Assembly: GCA_963712745.1 (NCBI GenBank) | Contig: CAVQJC010000001.1 | Coordinates: 452,320 to 516,319 of the forward strand | DNA: 64,000 nucleotides | From: an uncultured Chloroflexia bacterium | Lineage (GTDB): Bacteria; Chloroflexota; Limnocylindria; Limnocylindrales; CSP1-4 | Reading direction: 5' to 3' | Part shown: positions 45,282 to 54,867 of the stretch, one piece after another | Layout of the letters: each line of letters starts with the position of its first letter | Numbering within the stretch: the first letter of the stretch is position 1 | Translations under genes and position numbers: made by a program | Notes under the pieces: model-generated | What the model saw: the letters and a program-made list of their open reading frames with translations, nothing else | Told to the model about the DNA's origin: nothing | Database searches by the model: none

Positions 45282-46187
45282 CTACCAACCCGCCATGCGT
45301 GAGATCGCATCACTGACGCCCTTCGCCCGGTAGCGCATCAGGTCATGACCGACACCGACGAAGCGCTCGACCTCGATCGGCGACAGGCCAGCAGCCAAAC
45401 GCGCGCTGCTGACATCTTCGAGTGCGAGGTTGCGTTCTCGCTCGTCTTCGTCATCGACCGCACCACTACTGGCCACCAGCGCCAGCACCGGACAGCGCAC
45501 GTCTGCGAGTACCTCGAGGGGCCGATAGAGGTACATCGCCTCGACGACTCGCCGCTGCACCGAGGCCTTGACCACGGAGCGCACATGCCCAGCATGTTTC
45601 TCGTTGACCTGGGCGCGCGCTGCGAGCTCCTGATCGGCGTCCCAGCTGGCCGGGTCGAAGTCGCGGCGATCGTCGAGGTACGCCTGCATCGAAGTCATCA
45701 CCTCGGGCGGGTCCTCGATCTGCGCGAGCAACTCGGTGGCTGACATGCGCGTGGCCTCGGCCATCTCTTCCCAGCCACCGTCGACGAGGGCGACGGCAGC
45801 CACGCTCTCTGGTTGCTGCACCACCATCTCCGCTGCGATCATGGCGCCCAGGCCGTGACCCGCGACCATCGCCGCGGGCCCGTCGACCACGGCGCCCCAA
45901 CCGCGTCCGGCCATCACGGTGAGCACATCGAGTGCCAGCGATTCCAGGTCATAGCCGGCCAACGGCGCATCCGAGGCCCCGTGCCCTCGCAGGTCGACGG
46001 CCACCACGGGGTGGTCGGTCGCTAGCAGGCGTGCGACTGGCAACCAGGTCCAGGCGGTGCGCATAAGGCCGTGCACGAGCACGATCGGCCTGCCCGTGGC
46101 CTCGCTCGGCCAGTCGAGATAGTGCATCTGCTCGCCGGTCTGCAAGCGCACGACCATGGACTGGGGCTCGACTGCATCGGCTGGCAC
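45282..46187 (-). CDS. Alpha/beta-fold hydrolase
   Basis: VLVHG, DLRGHG, GHGLG (nucleophile Ser appears replaced by Gly), LVDGG, GHD. Confidence 0.8.
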   Translation of the reverse strand: MPADAVEPQSMVVRLQTGEQMHYLDWPSEATGRPIVLVHGLMRTAWTWLPVARLLATDHPVVAVDLRGHGASDAPLAGYDLESLALDVLTVMAGRGWGAVVDGPAAMVAGHGLGAMIAAEMVVQQPESVAAVALVDGGWEEMAEATRMSATELLAQIEDPPEVMTSMQAYLDDRRDFDPASWDADQELAARAQVNEKHAGHVRSVVKASVQRRVVEAMYLYRPLEVLADVRCPVLALVASSGAVDDEDERERNLALEDVSSARLAAGLSPIEVERFVGVGHDLMRYRAKGVSDAISRMAGW

Positions 46188-46250
46188 GGATCAAGCATAG
46201 GTCTCGGGCACTCACGCATGCATCGGCGCCACCGTGACATCCTGAAGCGC

Positions 46251-46619
46251 ATGTCCCGTCCCACAAGCAGCAAGCCCACGCCAGAGCAGCCCGATCGATT
46301 CGAAGCGCTGGTCGAACACGCCATCGACAGCCTGCCTGCACAGTTCCAGCGTCTGCTGGCCGATGTGGCCATCGTCATCGAGGACATGCCACCCGCAGGC
46401 GCGAACCTGTATGGGCTCTATGAGGGTGTGCCAGGTATCGAATGGGGTGCGGACATGGCACCGTACCCCAACAAGATCACGCTGTTCCAGCGGCCCCTCG
46501 AGATGGACTTCCGTGACCCCGCTGAATTGGCCGAACAGGTACGTCGGACGCTCATCCACGAACTGGCCCACCATGCCGGCATCACCGACGAACGCTTGCA
46601 CGAACTCGACTACGACTGA
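46251..46619 (+). CDS. Zincin-like metallopeptidase family protein
   Basis: LYGLYEGVP, KITLFQRP, TLIHELAHHAGI (HExxH). Confidence 0.88.
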   Translation: MSRPTSSKPTPEQPDRFEALVEHAIDSLPAQFQRLLADVAIVIEDMPPAGANLYGLYEGVPGIEWGADMAPYPNKITLFQRPLEMDFRDPAELAEQVRRTLIHELAHHAGITDERLHELDYD

Positions 46620-46712
46620 GGCGCGCGCCCAGCAGCTCATCCACCGCGGTCGTGTCACGCTAGCGTCACATCTCCACTTGCGTGCTTGCGCAAATGATGA
46701 GAACATCCTCGC

Positions 46713-47042
46713 ATGACGACACCAGTCGACACCGGGCTCTCCCACACGGGCGGGACCGAGCTAACGTCAGATGTGGAACGCCAGCGCTTCGCTGAGATCA
46801 GCCGTGCGCTGGCCGACCCCAAGAGGCTCTGCGTGCTGGAGATCCTGGCGAGTGGCGAACACTCGGTCGGCGATCTCTCACGCGAAGCCAGCTGTCACGT
46901 CCCGAACATGAGCCAGCATCTTGCCGTCCTGCGGTCGGCCGGCCTGGTGGCTTCTCGCCGCGAGGGCAGCACCGTCTTCTATCGCCTTACTGATCCCCGG
47001 ATCCTTGAGGCATATCGATTGATCCAATCGGTGGCGCGCTAG
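46713..47042 (+). CDS. ArsR/SmtB family transcriptional regulator
   Basis: ALADPKRLCVL, SVGDL, SQHLAVLRSAGLV, REG..VFY. Confidence 0.92.
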   Translation: MTTPVDTGLSHTGGTELTSDVERQRFAEISRALADPKRLCVLEILASGEHSVGDLSREASCHVPNMSQHLAVLRSAGLVASRREGSTVFYRLTDPRILEAYRLIQSVAR

Positions 47043-47104
47043 CGACCCCGATCGCCACACAGGCGACAAGGAACCGCATTCGGCGGGGAAAGGAACACAG
47101 CAAC

Positions 47105-47485
47105 ATGGCTATCAAGGTAGCGACGGATGCGACGTTCGAGGAGTTGGTCCTCAAGAACGACAAGCCGGTCGTGGTCGACTTCTGGGCCGTCTGGTGCGGC
47201 CCATGCAAGCTGGTCGCGCCGGAGATGGAGAAGATCGCCGAGAAGTACGACGGCGTGGTCGATGTCGTGAAGGTCGATGTCGATGCCAATCCGGGCCTCT
47301 CGCAGGCCTACCAGATCATGAGCATCCCGACCATCGCTTACTTCAAGCCGGGCGACCAGCCCAAGGGCGTCGTGGGCTTCCAGCCCATGGAGCAGTTGGA
47401 GAAGAAGTTCGAGCTGGCGGATGTGGCCGCTGCTGCGCTCACGAGCGGTGCCGCTGACGGCAATGAGGCCTCCAGCGCCGCATAA
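47105..47485 (+). CDS. trxA: Thioredoxin
   Basis: VDFWAVWCGPCK, SIPT. Confidence 0.96.
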   Translation: MAIKVATDATFEELVLKNDKPVVVDFWAVWCGPCKLVAPEMEKIAEKYDGVVDVVKVDVDANPGLSQAYQIMSIPTIAYFKPGDQPKGVVGFQPMEQLEKKFELADVAAAALTSGAADGNEASSAA

Positions 47486-47506
47486 CCTGCGACTCGCGCT
47501 CGCTCT

Positions 47507-47532
47507 GACGCCCCGGGTCCACCCGGGGCGTC
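47507..47532. terminator. Hairpin between convergent genes
   Basis: gacgccccggg-tcca-cccggggcgtc, 11-bp stem. Confidence 0.6.
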
Positions 47533-47535
47533 GTG

Positions 47536-47860
47536 CTACGTGGCCTGGAGCGCGTGGCGCCAGCCGGTCACGAACCAGGCCTCGGCCCGGTCCACCACGT
47601 GGCGCTCGTCGGATGTCGGCGTGAAGCGGATCCAGCCGGCCTCGTCCGGAAGGTGGTCCGTGTCAGGAGTGCGCAGGGCGGCTTCGGCGATATCCGCCGG
47701 CAGGCGGATATCGAGTGACCCTCGATGAGGCGCGCGCGAACACGACCTCGCCACGGGCGTAGCTGGTGACCTCGCCATCGACGGACGTCGAGACCCCGTC
47801 GAGCTCTTCGGCCAGGCCGTCAGCAAGGGCGTCAAGCGCTGGATCCTGGGGCGATGTCAT
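47536..47860 (-). CDS. Hypothetical protein, frameshifted
   Basis: MTSPQDPALDAL...YARGEVVFA plus LDIRLPADIAEAALRTPDT...GWIRF...DRAEAWF. Confidence 0.6.
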
Positions 47861-47933
47861 GCGATGTGTCACTCCTCGTATCGGTCGGTCGTGCCATCTT
47901 ACGTACCTGCCGCTCGATCAAGGAGGCCAATCG

Positions 47934-48245
47934 ATGTTCATCGCACTCGTCCATGTCCACGTCAAGCCGGACCACGTGGACCAGTTCCTCGACCTTATCC
48001 GCGCCAACCACAACGGCTCGGTCCAGGAACCTGGCTGCATCCGCTTCGATGTAGCTCGCTCGGTCGATGACCCCAACCGCTTCGTGCTCTGGGAGTGGTA
48101 CGTCGATGCACGGGCAGCGCAGGCGCACAAGGAAACACCCCACTACCTGGCATTCAAGGCCGCAGCAGCCGAGATGATGGCCGAGGAGCGCATCAGCGTG
48201 CGCTACGAGGGACTCTTCCCGGAGCTGGGAGCACACTCCGGGTGA
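47934..48245 (+). CDS. Antibiotic biosynthesis monooxygenase (LsrG-like)
   Basis: AAGGAGG RBS; VKPDHVDQF, EPGCIRFDV, AHKETPHY. Confidence 0.88.
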   Translation: MFIALVHVHVKPDHVDQFLDLIRANHNGSVQEPGCIRFDVARSVDDPNRFVLWEWYVDARAAQAHKETPHYLAFKAAAAEMMAEERISVRYEGLFPELGAHSG

Positions 48246-49451
48246 GCAACGCCCTGGGGCCATTCCAGATCGGGCGCCTGCCGCGCATCACGTTCGGAGC
48301 CGGCCGATTCGCGGAGGTACCGGCGATCGTGGCCGGCCATGGCAACGTGGTCCTGCTGGTGACGGGTGGTCACTCGTTTCGCGCTTCGGCACGCTTTGCA
48401 TCGCTCAAGCGCGAACTCTCGTCGGCGGGCGTGACGCTCGCGGGTAGCGTTTCGATCGGTGGCGAGCCCGGACCGGACATGATCGAGGCGGCCATCGAGC
48501 GATACCACGGTGCCGGCGTGGAAGTCGTGCTGGGGGTGGGCGGTGGCAGTGTCCTCGATGCATCCAAGGCTATCGCCGGCCTGCTGCATAGTGAGACCAA
48601 CCTGATGGACCACCTCGAGGGCGTCGGCCGCGGTGTGCCCTACGCAGGCCCCGCGGTGCCGGTGGTAGCGGTGCCCACGACCGCCGGCACAGGTTCAGAG
48701 GCGACCCGCAACGCCGTCATCAGCTCACGCGGTCCGCAGGGCTACAAGCGTTCGTTCCGAGACGAGCGGCTGGTGCCCTCGGACGCGATCGATCGATCCG
48801 GATCTGCTCGCAGGTGCTCCACGCGGCTTGATCGCGGCCAACGGCCTCGATGCGCTGACGCAGCTGCTCGAGTCGTTTACGTCGCAGCGGGCGACGCCCT
48901 TCACCGATGGCTTGGCACGCTCCGGCCTGCAGGCTGCTCGGCATGGACTGCTGACCTGGCACCGAGACCCAGACGGCGTGGAGGCCTCCGCAGCCCGCAG
49001 CCAGATGGCCTATGCGGCGCTGCTGTCGGGCATCTGCCTGGCCAATGCCGGCCTAGGTGCCGTGCATGGTCTGGCCAGCCCACTTGGAGCGCAGTTGCCC
49101 ATCCCGCACGGCATCGCCTGTGGCGCGGTGTTGTGGCAGACCATCCGCACCAATATCGAGGCCCTCGACGAGCGTGACGCCACGTCCCCTGCCCTGACGC
49201 GCTATGCCGAACTCGGGCGCCTCCTGTCCGACGTGTCGGCACGCGCCAGCGACCAGGTGGCTCGCACGGCGCTGGTCGATACGTTGCGCGAGTGGACCGA
49301 GCGGCTCGAGGTTCCAGGCTTGTCCGCCTTCGGCATGCGTGCCGATGACATCGCTGCGGTCGTGGCTGACGCACCCGGCAGCAGCATGCGCACGAACCCC
49401 ATCGTGCTGAGCGATGCCGAACTGACGGTCATCCTGAGCGAGGCGCTCTAG
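48242..49451 (+). CDS. Iron-containing alcohol dehydrogenase, frameshifted
   Basis: GGGSVLDASKA, VPTTAGTGSEAT, GLDALTQLLES, GLGAVHGLA, PHG. Confidence 0.92.
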
Positions 49452-49470
49452 CCTGAGCGAGGCGCTCTAG
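49433..49470 (+). repeat. Perfect 19-bp tandem duplication of the ADH 3' end
   Basis: cctgagcgaggcgctctag at 49433-49451 and again at 49452-49470. Confidence 0.9.
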
Positions 49471-49625
49471 TTCGACCACTCACACCCGCTAGGGCTCGAA
49501 CAGCACTTGGCGCGCCTGCTAGGGTTCCTGCTGGGTCGATCAAAGGGTGCCTCGGAGAGGGTCGGTCGTCTTCGGGGTCAAGGTGGTTCGCCCCTCCATC
49601 GGACCGACGAATGCAGGAGGATCCC

Positions 49626-50701
49626 ATGGCTCATCGACAAGGACGTTCGCTGGCACGACCGCGCCTGCGGCCACTGGCATTGCTGGTCGCGACGTCGCTC
49701 GCAGCGACGCTGGCGACCACCGCGGGAACGGTCGCGCAATCCACTGACTACTACGGCTGCATCACTACCGACGCAGACTTGATCAACGTCGGTACGGGGA
49801 CGGCTCCGGCTGGACTGTGTCTCACGGACGAAACGCTCATCGAGTGGAACGCCGAAGGGCCCCCCGGCCCAGCAGGCGAGCAGGGGCCTGCCGGCCCGCA
49901 AGGCGAGCAGGGCCCCGCGGGCGAGCGGGCCGGCGGGCGAGCAGGGCCCGGCGGGGCCGGCAGGACCGGTCGGACCGCCTGGTCCAGTCGGAGCCGATGG
50001 CGCTGCCGGGCCAGTTGGCCCCACTGGCATGCAGGGAGAGCCGGGGGTCACCGGTGAGCAGGGCCCCGCGGGCGAGCCCGGGCCGCAGGGTGAGCAGGGG
50101 CCGCAGGGTGAGCAGGGGCCGCAGGGCGAGCAGGGGCCGCAGGGTGAGCCAGGGGCCGCAGGGTGAGCCCGGGCCACAGGGTGAACCAGGAACGCAGGGT
50201 GCGCCCGGGCCACAGGGTGAGCAGGGTGCGCCCGGGCCACAGGGTGAGCAGGGGCCAGCAGCCGACCTGGGCGGAGTGGTCGTGCTCGGTGAGGACAATC
50301 AGTCGCCCACCAGGACCATCGTGCGTTCAGTCCTGGGCACCGCCATCTGGGGCATCGGCTCGGGCCCGCTCGGCGGTGGGCTGGCGGGTGTGTCCGCTGA
50401 GGGCGTGGGCGTGCTGGCCAGCAGCCCGAGCGGCTATGGCCTGCGCGTGGCGCGTGGTCGCATCAAGGTCGATGAGGCCGCTGGCATCGCGACCGTGCCA
50501 CGACGTCTGAGGGGTGTCGTCGTCGACCCCGGCCTGGACATCAATGCCGATACGGTCGTGCTGGTGACCCCCGCCAGCGATCTCGGCAAGCGCAGTTTCT
50601 GGGTGCGCAAGGACACCGAAGAGGATGTCTTCGTCATCCGCGTCTCGGCACCCACTCGCGAGCCGCTCGAGTTCAACTGGCTGATAGTCGAAAAGGGCTA
50701 G
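49626..50701 (+). CDS. Secreted collagen-like protein, frameshifted
   Basis: AGGAGG RBS; signal peptide; small Cys-containing N-domain; Gly-X-Y repeats (GPQGEQ/GEPGPQ) at about 49855-50260; beta-rich C-domain. Confidence 0.85.
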
Positions 50702-51138
50702 TGGCCCTCACGAGGATGGACGGGGGGCGCCGACCCAGGAGCCCCGGATCGGCCCGTCCGAAACGACCTCGGGGCATCTGGCCCGCCCCGCGCGTTCGGG
50801 GTGGGCCCGGCCTTGGTCGCTGGAAACGATGGTCCCCCCTGCCGGGGAGGATGGCGCCATTGTATCGACGCGCAGCGATGCCTAGCCTTTGGGTTGCCGT
50901 CGTCCTTGACGCTGGTACGGGCCCTGAGGCGTCGATCACCGGGCCTGGAACGAAACGCGATCGAAGCTGACGAATATGGTGGGCGACCAGCACCGTGCAG
51001 CGGGGCAAGCACCATGAGCAGCCGATCGCCGTCTCCAGGTCACGAGTCGAGTAACAGGTACAACCGGCTAGCTCCGAGCTTGTAGCAGCGAGGAGGGTCG
51101 CGACGGCGAGGTTATCTTTCCTTGCATCGATCGAGATC

Positions 51139-51173
51139 GAGTCGCCCGGCAGGCGGACAAGCCGGGCGACTCG
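51139..51173. terminator. Strong hairpin downstream of the J-domain gene
   Basis: gagtcgcccggc-aggcggacaa-gccgggcgactc. Confidence 0.6.
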
Positions 51174-51190
51174 GATCGATCCCTGACTCT

Positions 51191-51939
51191 CTAGGCCTCG
51201 GCCATTCTTGCGCGGCGCTCGACGCCCCGCTCATCGAGATCAGTGGCGACCACGCGCGCGCACATCACTAGGTCTCGATCGCGCGTGATGGTGCTGGCGA
51301 TCCAATCGATGTAGGTGGGTTCCCGCTCAGCCACGTCACCCAGGGTGAGCCGTGGAACCGCCCGAAACCGAGCACGGTCGCGCGCGCCTCGGCCAGCGTC
51401 GGCAGCTGGACGCGGGATGGATCGATCGATCGATAGACCGGTCCATTGGGCGCGCTGGCGCGCAGGTTGGGCGGATGACGGTACTCACGCCACTCGTCCT
51501 GCGATTTACGCCAGCCATCGGCGGGCGTGCGGTCGAGCGCGGGCGATGCTGCTCGGCCCGGCCATGGTGCACGGTGGTGTTGCGCGCGCGGAAGAGCGCC
51601 GACGTGTCGAAGCGAGCGGTGACCGGGCGGGTGGGCGGGGGTGGCGGCGGCCCGCGCTCGACGTCCCTGAGCATCGGCACCGGCGTAGCGTTCGCGACGC
51701 GCCTGCGGCGTCGAGTCGTAGCGGGCACGACGGACCGGGTCCCGCAGGACGTCGTAGGCCGCGTTGATGCGGGCCATGCGCGTCGTGAGGCGCTCGCGTT
51801 CACGGTCGTCGGCGCCGGCGCGGTCGGGATGATGCTCGCTCGCCATCTCACGCCAGCGTCGCTTGACTTCCTCGGCGGACGCGTCATGCGGCACATCGAG
51901 GACGCGGTAGGGATCGCCGCGGAACGTCGGACCAGACAC
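51191..51939 (-). CDS. J-domain (DnaJ-like) protein with C-terminal FGRxxG-x-YxxW domain, frameshifted
   Basis: DPYRVLDV...HHPD...MARINAAYDVLRDP; C-terminus VLGFGRFHG.TLGDVAEREPTYIDWI. Confidence 0.82.
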
Positions 51940-52032
51940 GATTCCGAGGCTACCACGGTAGCCGCCGGAAGCCGATGGCCGAAGGCGCGCTCGGCGATCG
52001 GAGCCGAGCCGTGCCTTGGTATCGTGCCACGC

Positions 52033-53134
52033 ATGCGCTTGCCTCTCGAACCGCCGATCGCAGCCCATGCTGGCAAAGCCAGCAGCGACCTCCCGGCAGC
52101 GGCGACACGTGGTCGTACGAGCCCAAGTGGGACGGCTTTCGCGCCATCGTGTTCCGCGATGGTGACGAGCTGCTCATCCAGAGCCGTGACGGCAAGCCGC
52201 TCGATCGCTACTTCCCGGAACTGGCCGCGCCACTCAAGGCCAATCTGCCGGAGCGCTGCATCATGGATGGCGAGGTCGTCATCGCGGGTGGCGAACGCCT
52301 CGACTTCGACGCCCTGCTCCTGCGCATCCACCCGGCCGCATCTCGCGTCGCGATGCTGGCCGAGGCAGTCGCCGGCGTCATTCGTCGCCTGGGACCTGCT
52401 GGCGCTCGATGACACGAGCCTGCTGGACTTGCCCCAAGTCAGCGCGCCGCCAGTACTGGAGGCAGGCTCTCAGGAAGCCCGTCCGCCGCATCCACCTGAC
52501 ACCGTTGACCCGCGACCGGGCGGTCGCGGCGGACTGGTTCTCGCGTTTCGAGGGCGCCGGGCCTCGACGGCGTCATCGCCAAGGAGGACACGGCCCTCTA
52601 CGAACCCGGCAAGCGGCGCATGATCAAGATCAAGCACGTACGCACGGCCGACTGCGTGGTGGCTGGGTTTCGCTGGCACAGGAATGGGCCAGGCACGCAC
52701 ATCGGCTCCCTGATCCTCGGGTCTGTTCGACGAGGACGATGTGCTCCACCACGTGGGCGTCACGTCTTCCTTCACATGGGATCGACGAGCCGCACTGGTG
52801 GATGAACTGGCCCCGTTGCGGGACGGATGCCCTCGACGACCATCCGTGGCAGGAATGGGCCGCCTGGTCAGGCGATCAAGCGGACTCCGGGCAGCGTATG
52901 CCCGGCGCGACCTCGCGCTGGAACCGTGGCAAGGACCTGTCCTGGGAGCCACTCCGGATCGAGCGTGTCTGCGAGGTCGCCTACGACCATCTGCAGGGCG
53001 ATCGCTTTCGGCATGCCACCACGTTCCGCCGCTGGCGGCCGGATAGGTCTCCCGCTGATTGTCGATACGACCAACTGGAGGCCACGGCCCCGTACGAATT
53101 GCAGCGCATCTTTGCCGATGGGTACGTTGCGTGA
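52033..53134 (+). CDS. ligC: ATP-dependent DNA ligase (LigC-like), frameshifted
   Basis: PPIAxMLAK, YEPKWDGFR, YFPEL, DGEVV, YEPGKR.MIKIKH.RTADCVVAGFRWH, SRWN.GKDL.W.PL, RFRH...RWRPDR. Confidence 0.88.
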
Positions 53135-53192
53135 TAGTAAAGTGGACTGATGAGGCGAGTACACTGGCGACTGCCTACCAGGGAGGAGCTCG

Positions 53193-54404
53193 ATGGATCA
53201 GAACGCGGCGCGAGACGACGCGACAAGTGCCCAGCCACCAGGCAATGGGGGGAGTAGCCAAGCATCAGGCTGGAATCAGCCCGAGCAGGCTGCTCAGGAT
53301 CCGGCACAAGCCGGACTGACGGCTGGCGATGCAGGACAAGAGGCGGTCGCCGAGTATGCGGCCTGGTCAGCGGATGCTGGCTATCAGCAGCAAGCGCCCG
53401 CCCAACAGACCTTTTCGGCTCCCCAGCCGCAATCGGCGACCTACACCGATCCTTCGCTGACAGCGGCTCCGGCGGACCAGCAGGCATACGCACAGCAGCA
53501 GCAGCAAGCGTATGACCAGCAGGCGTATCAGCAGCAGTACGCGCAGCAGCCGTACGACCAGCAGGCATACGCACAGCAGCAGCAGCAAGCGTATGACCAG
53601 CAGGCGTATCAGCAGCAGTACGCGCAGCAGCCGTACGACCAGCAGGCCTATCAGCAGCAGCCGCAAGCGTATGACCAGCAACAGTACGCGCAGCAGCCGT
53701 ACGACCAGCAGGCCTACGCACAGCAGCAGTACGCGCAGCAGCAGTACGCACAGCAGCAGTACGCACAGCAGCAATACGCGCAGCAGCCGTATGACCAGCA
53801 GGCGTATCAGCAGCAGCAATACGCGCAGCAGGGCTACCAGCAACCTCCCGGGCAGCCCTACGCCTACGCGCAACCCGGGCAGTGGCCTGGCCAGGAGCAG
53901 TACTGGGAACAGGGTGAGACCGGCTACGGCCGCGCATTCATCGCCGTCCTGGCTGGCTTCGTGTTGCTCACCTGGGGCGTCCTGTTCGGCGTCGTCGGAG
54001 CGCTCGTGCTCTACCTGGGTAAGCTCGCCGAGCTGACGCAGGACCTCACCTTGAGCGCAGACGTGCAGAAGCTCGTAACCGACTTCGACGAGCAGTCCAC
54101 CGCCATCGGCGGCATCCTCCTGATCCTCGGACTCATGCAAGTCATCGGCGCCGTCGGCATCTGGGCCCACCGCAGGTGGGGCCGCGCCTTCGGGATGGTG
54201 CTTGGTCTGCTTGGTGCGATCTGGGGCGTCGGCATCCTCATCGCGGCCGTCGGCTTCGAGGCACTGGACGTCGGCTTCGATGTGGCCGTCAAGGGCGAGG
54301 AAAGCTCGACCGCGGGCGGCTTGCTCGTGCTGGGAACCTACCTGCTCGTGCTGGTGGCGATGATCGTCGGCAGACGACACTTCCGTAAGCGGGGCGTAGC
54401 CTAG
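53193..54404 (+). CDS. Membrane protein with long Gln/Tyr-rich low-complexity N-terminus and about 4 TM helices
   Basis: Intact 403 aa ORF with GGAGG RBS; (YAQQQ/YDQQA)n followed by hydrophobic helices. Confidence 0.85.
   Translation: MDQNAARDDATSAQPPGNGGSSQASGWNQPEQAAQDPAQAGLTAGDAGQEAVAEYAAWSADAGYQQQAPAQQTFSAPQPQSATYTDPSLTAAPADQQAYAQQQQQAYDQQAYQQQYAQQPYDQQAYAQQQQQAYDQQAYQQQYAQQPYDQQAYQQQPQAYDQQQYAQQPYDQQAYAQQQYAQQQYAQQQYAQQQYAQQPYDQQAYQQQQYAQQGYQQPPGQPYAYAQPGQWPGQEQYWEQGETGYGRAFIAVLAGFVLLTWGVLFGVVGALVLYLGKLAELTQDLTLSADVQKLVTDFDEQSTAIGGILLILGLMQVIGAVGIWAHRRWGRAFGMVLGLLGAIWGVGILIAAVGFEALDVGFDVAVKGEESSTAGGLLVLGTYLLVLVAMIVGRRHFRKRGVA
53475..53840 (+). repeat. Coding Q/Y-rich repeats including an exact 81-bp tandem duplication
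   Basis: Unit starting gaccagcaggcatacgca at 53475 and 53556; 15-nt cagcagtacgc units follow. Confidence 0.9.
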
Positions 54405-54428
54405 GCACGGCCCCGATCAACGACAGGT

Positions 54429-54468
54429 CGATGAGACCTCCGGAAACCCGGAGGTCTCATCGTTGTTT
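54429..54468. terminator. Intrinsic terminator between convergent genes
   Basis: cgatgagacctccgg-aaac-ccggaggtctcatcg, 15-bp stem, followed by ttgttt. Confidence 0.8.
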
Positions 54469-54537
54469 CAGGCCCTGGACGCGAGTCGGCCGCGCGCACC
54501 TCTTCGTTGTGTGGTGCTGCCCGTCCTCCTCGAGGCA

Positions 54538-54867
54538 CTACTTCGCGGGCAGACTCTCCGCGTAGGCCACGCCCTCGTCGACCCAGGCACTCAACGTCGC
54601 CTCGTCCTCGAGGGAGGCCTGATCGACCACGATCCAGCCGATCATCGGGCGAGTCGTGAAAGCCATGGTTCGAGCACCCGGGCGTGCGACTGCCTCGGCA
54701 TGCGCGGCCTTGCCGACACGAACCATCAACTCGTCTCTGTGCACGCCGACGGCCATGTTGCCGCCAACCATAAAGACGAGACCACCGAACATGGCCTTCT
54801 CGACCAGAGCGGGGTGGTTCCGGATACGGGCACGAATCCGTCCCGCGAGCGCGACGTCGTAGTTCAT
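54538..54867 (-). CDS. TfoX/Sxy N-terminal domain protein
   Basis: YDVALAGRIR, EKAMFGGLVFMVGGNM, LMVRVG, RPMIGW, SLPAK. Confidence 0.88.
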   Translation of the reverse strand: MNYDVALAGRIRARIRNHPALVEKAMFGGLVFMVGGNMAVGVHRDELMVRVGKAAHAEAVARPGARTMAFTTRPMIGWIVVDQASLEDEATLSAWVDEGVAYAESLPAK

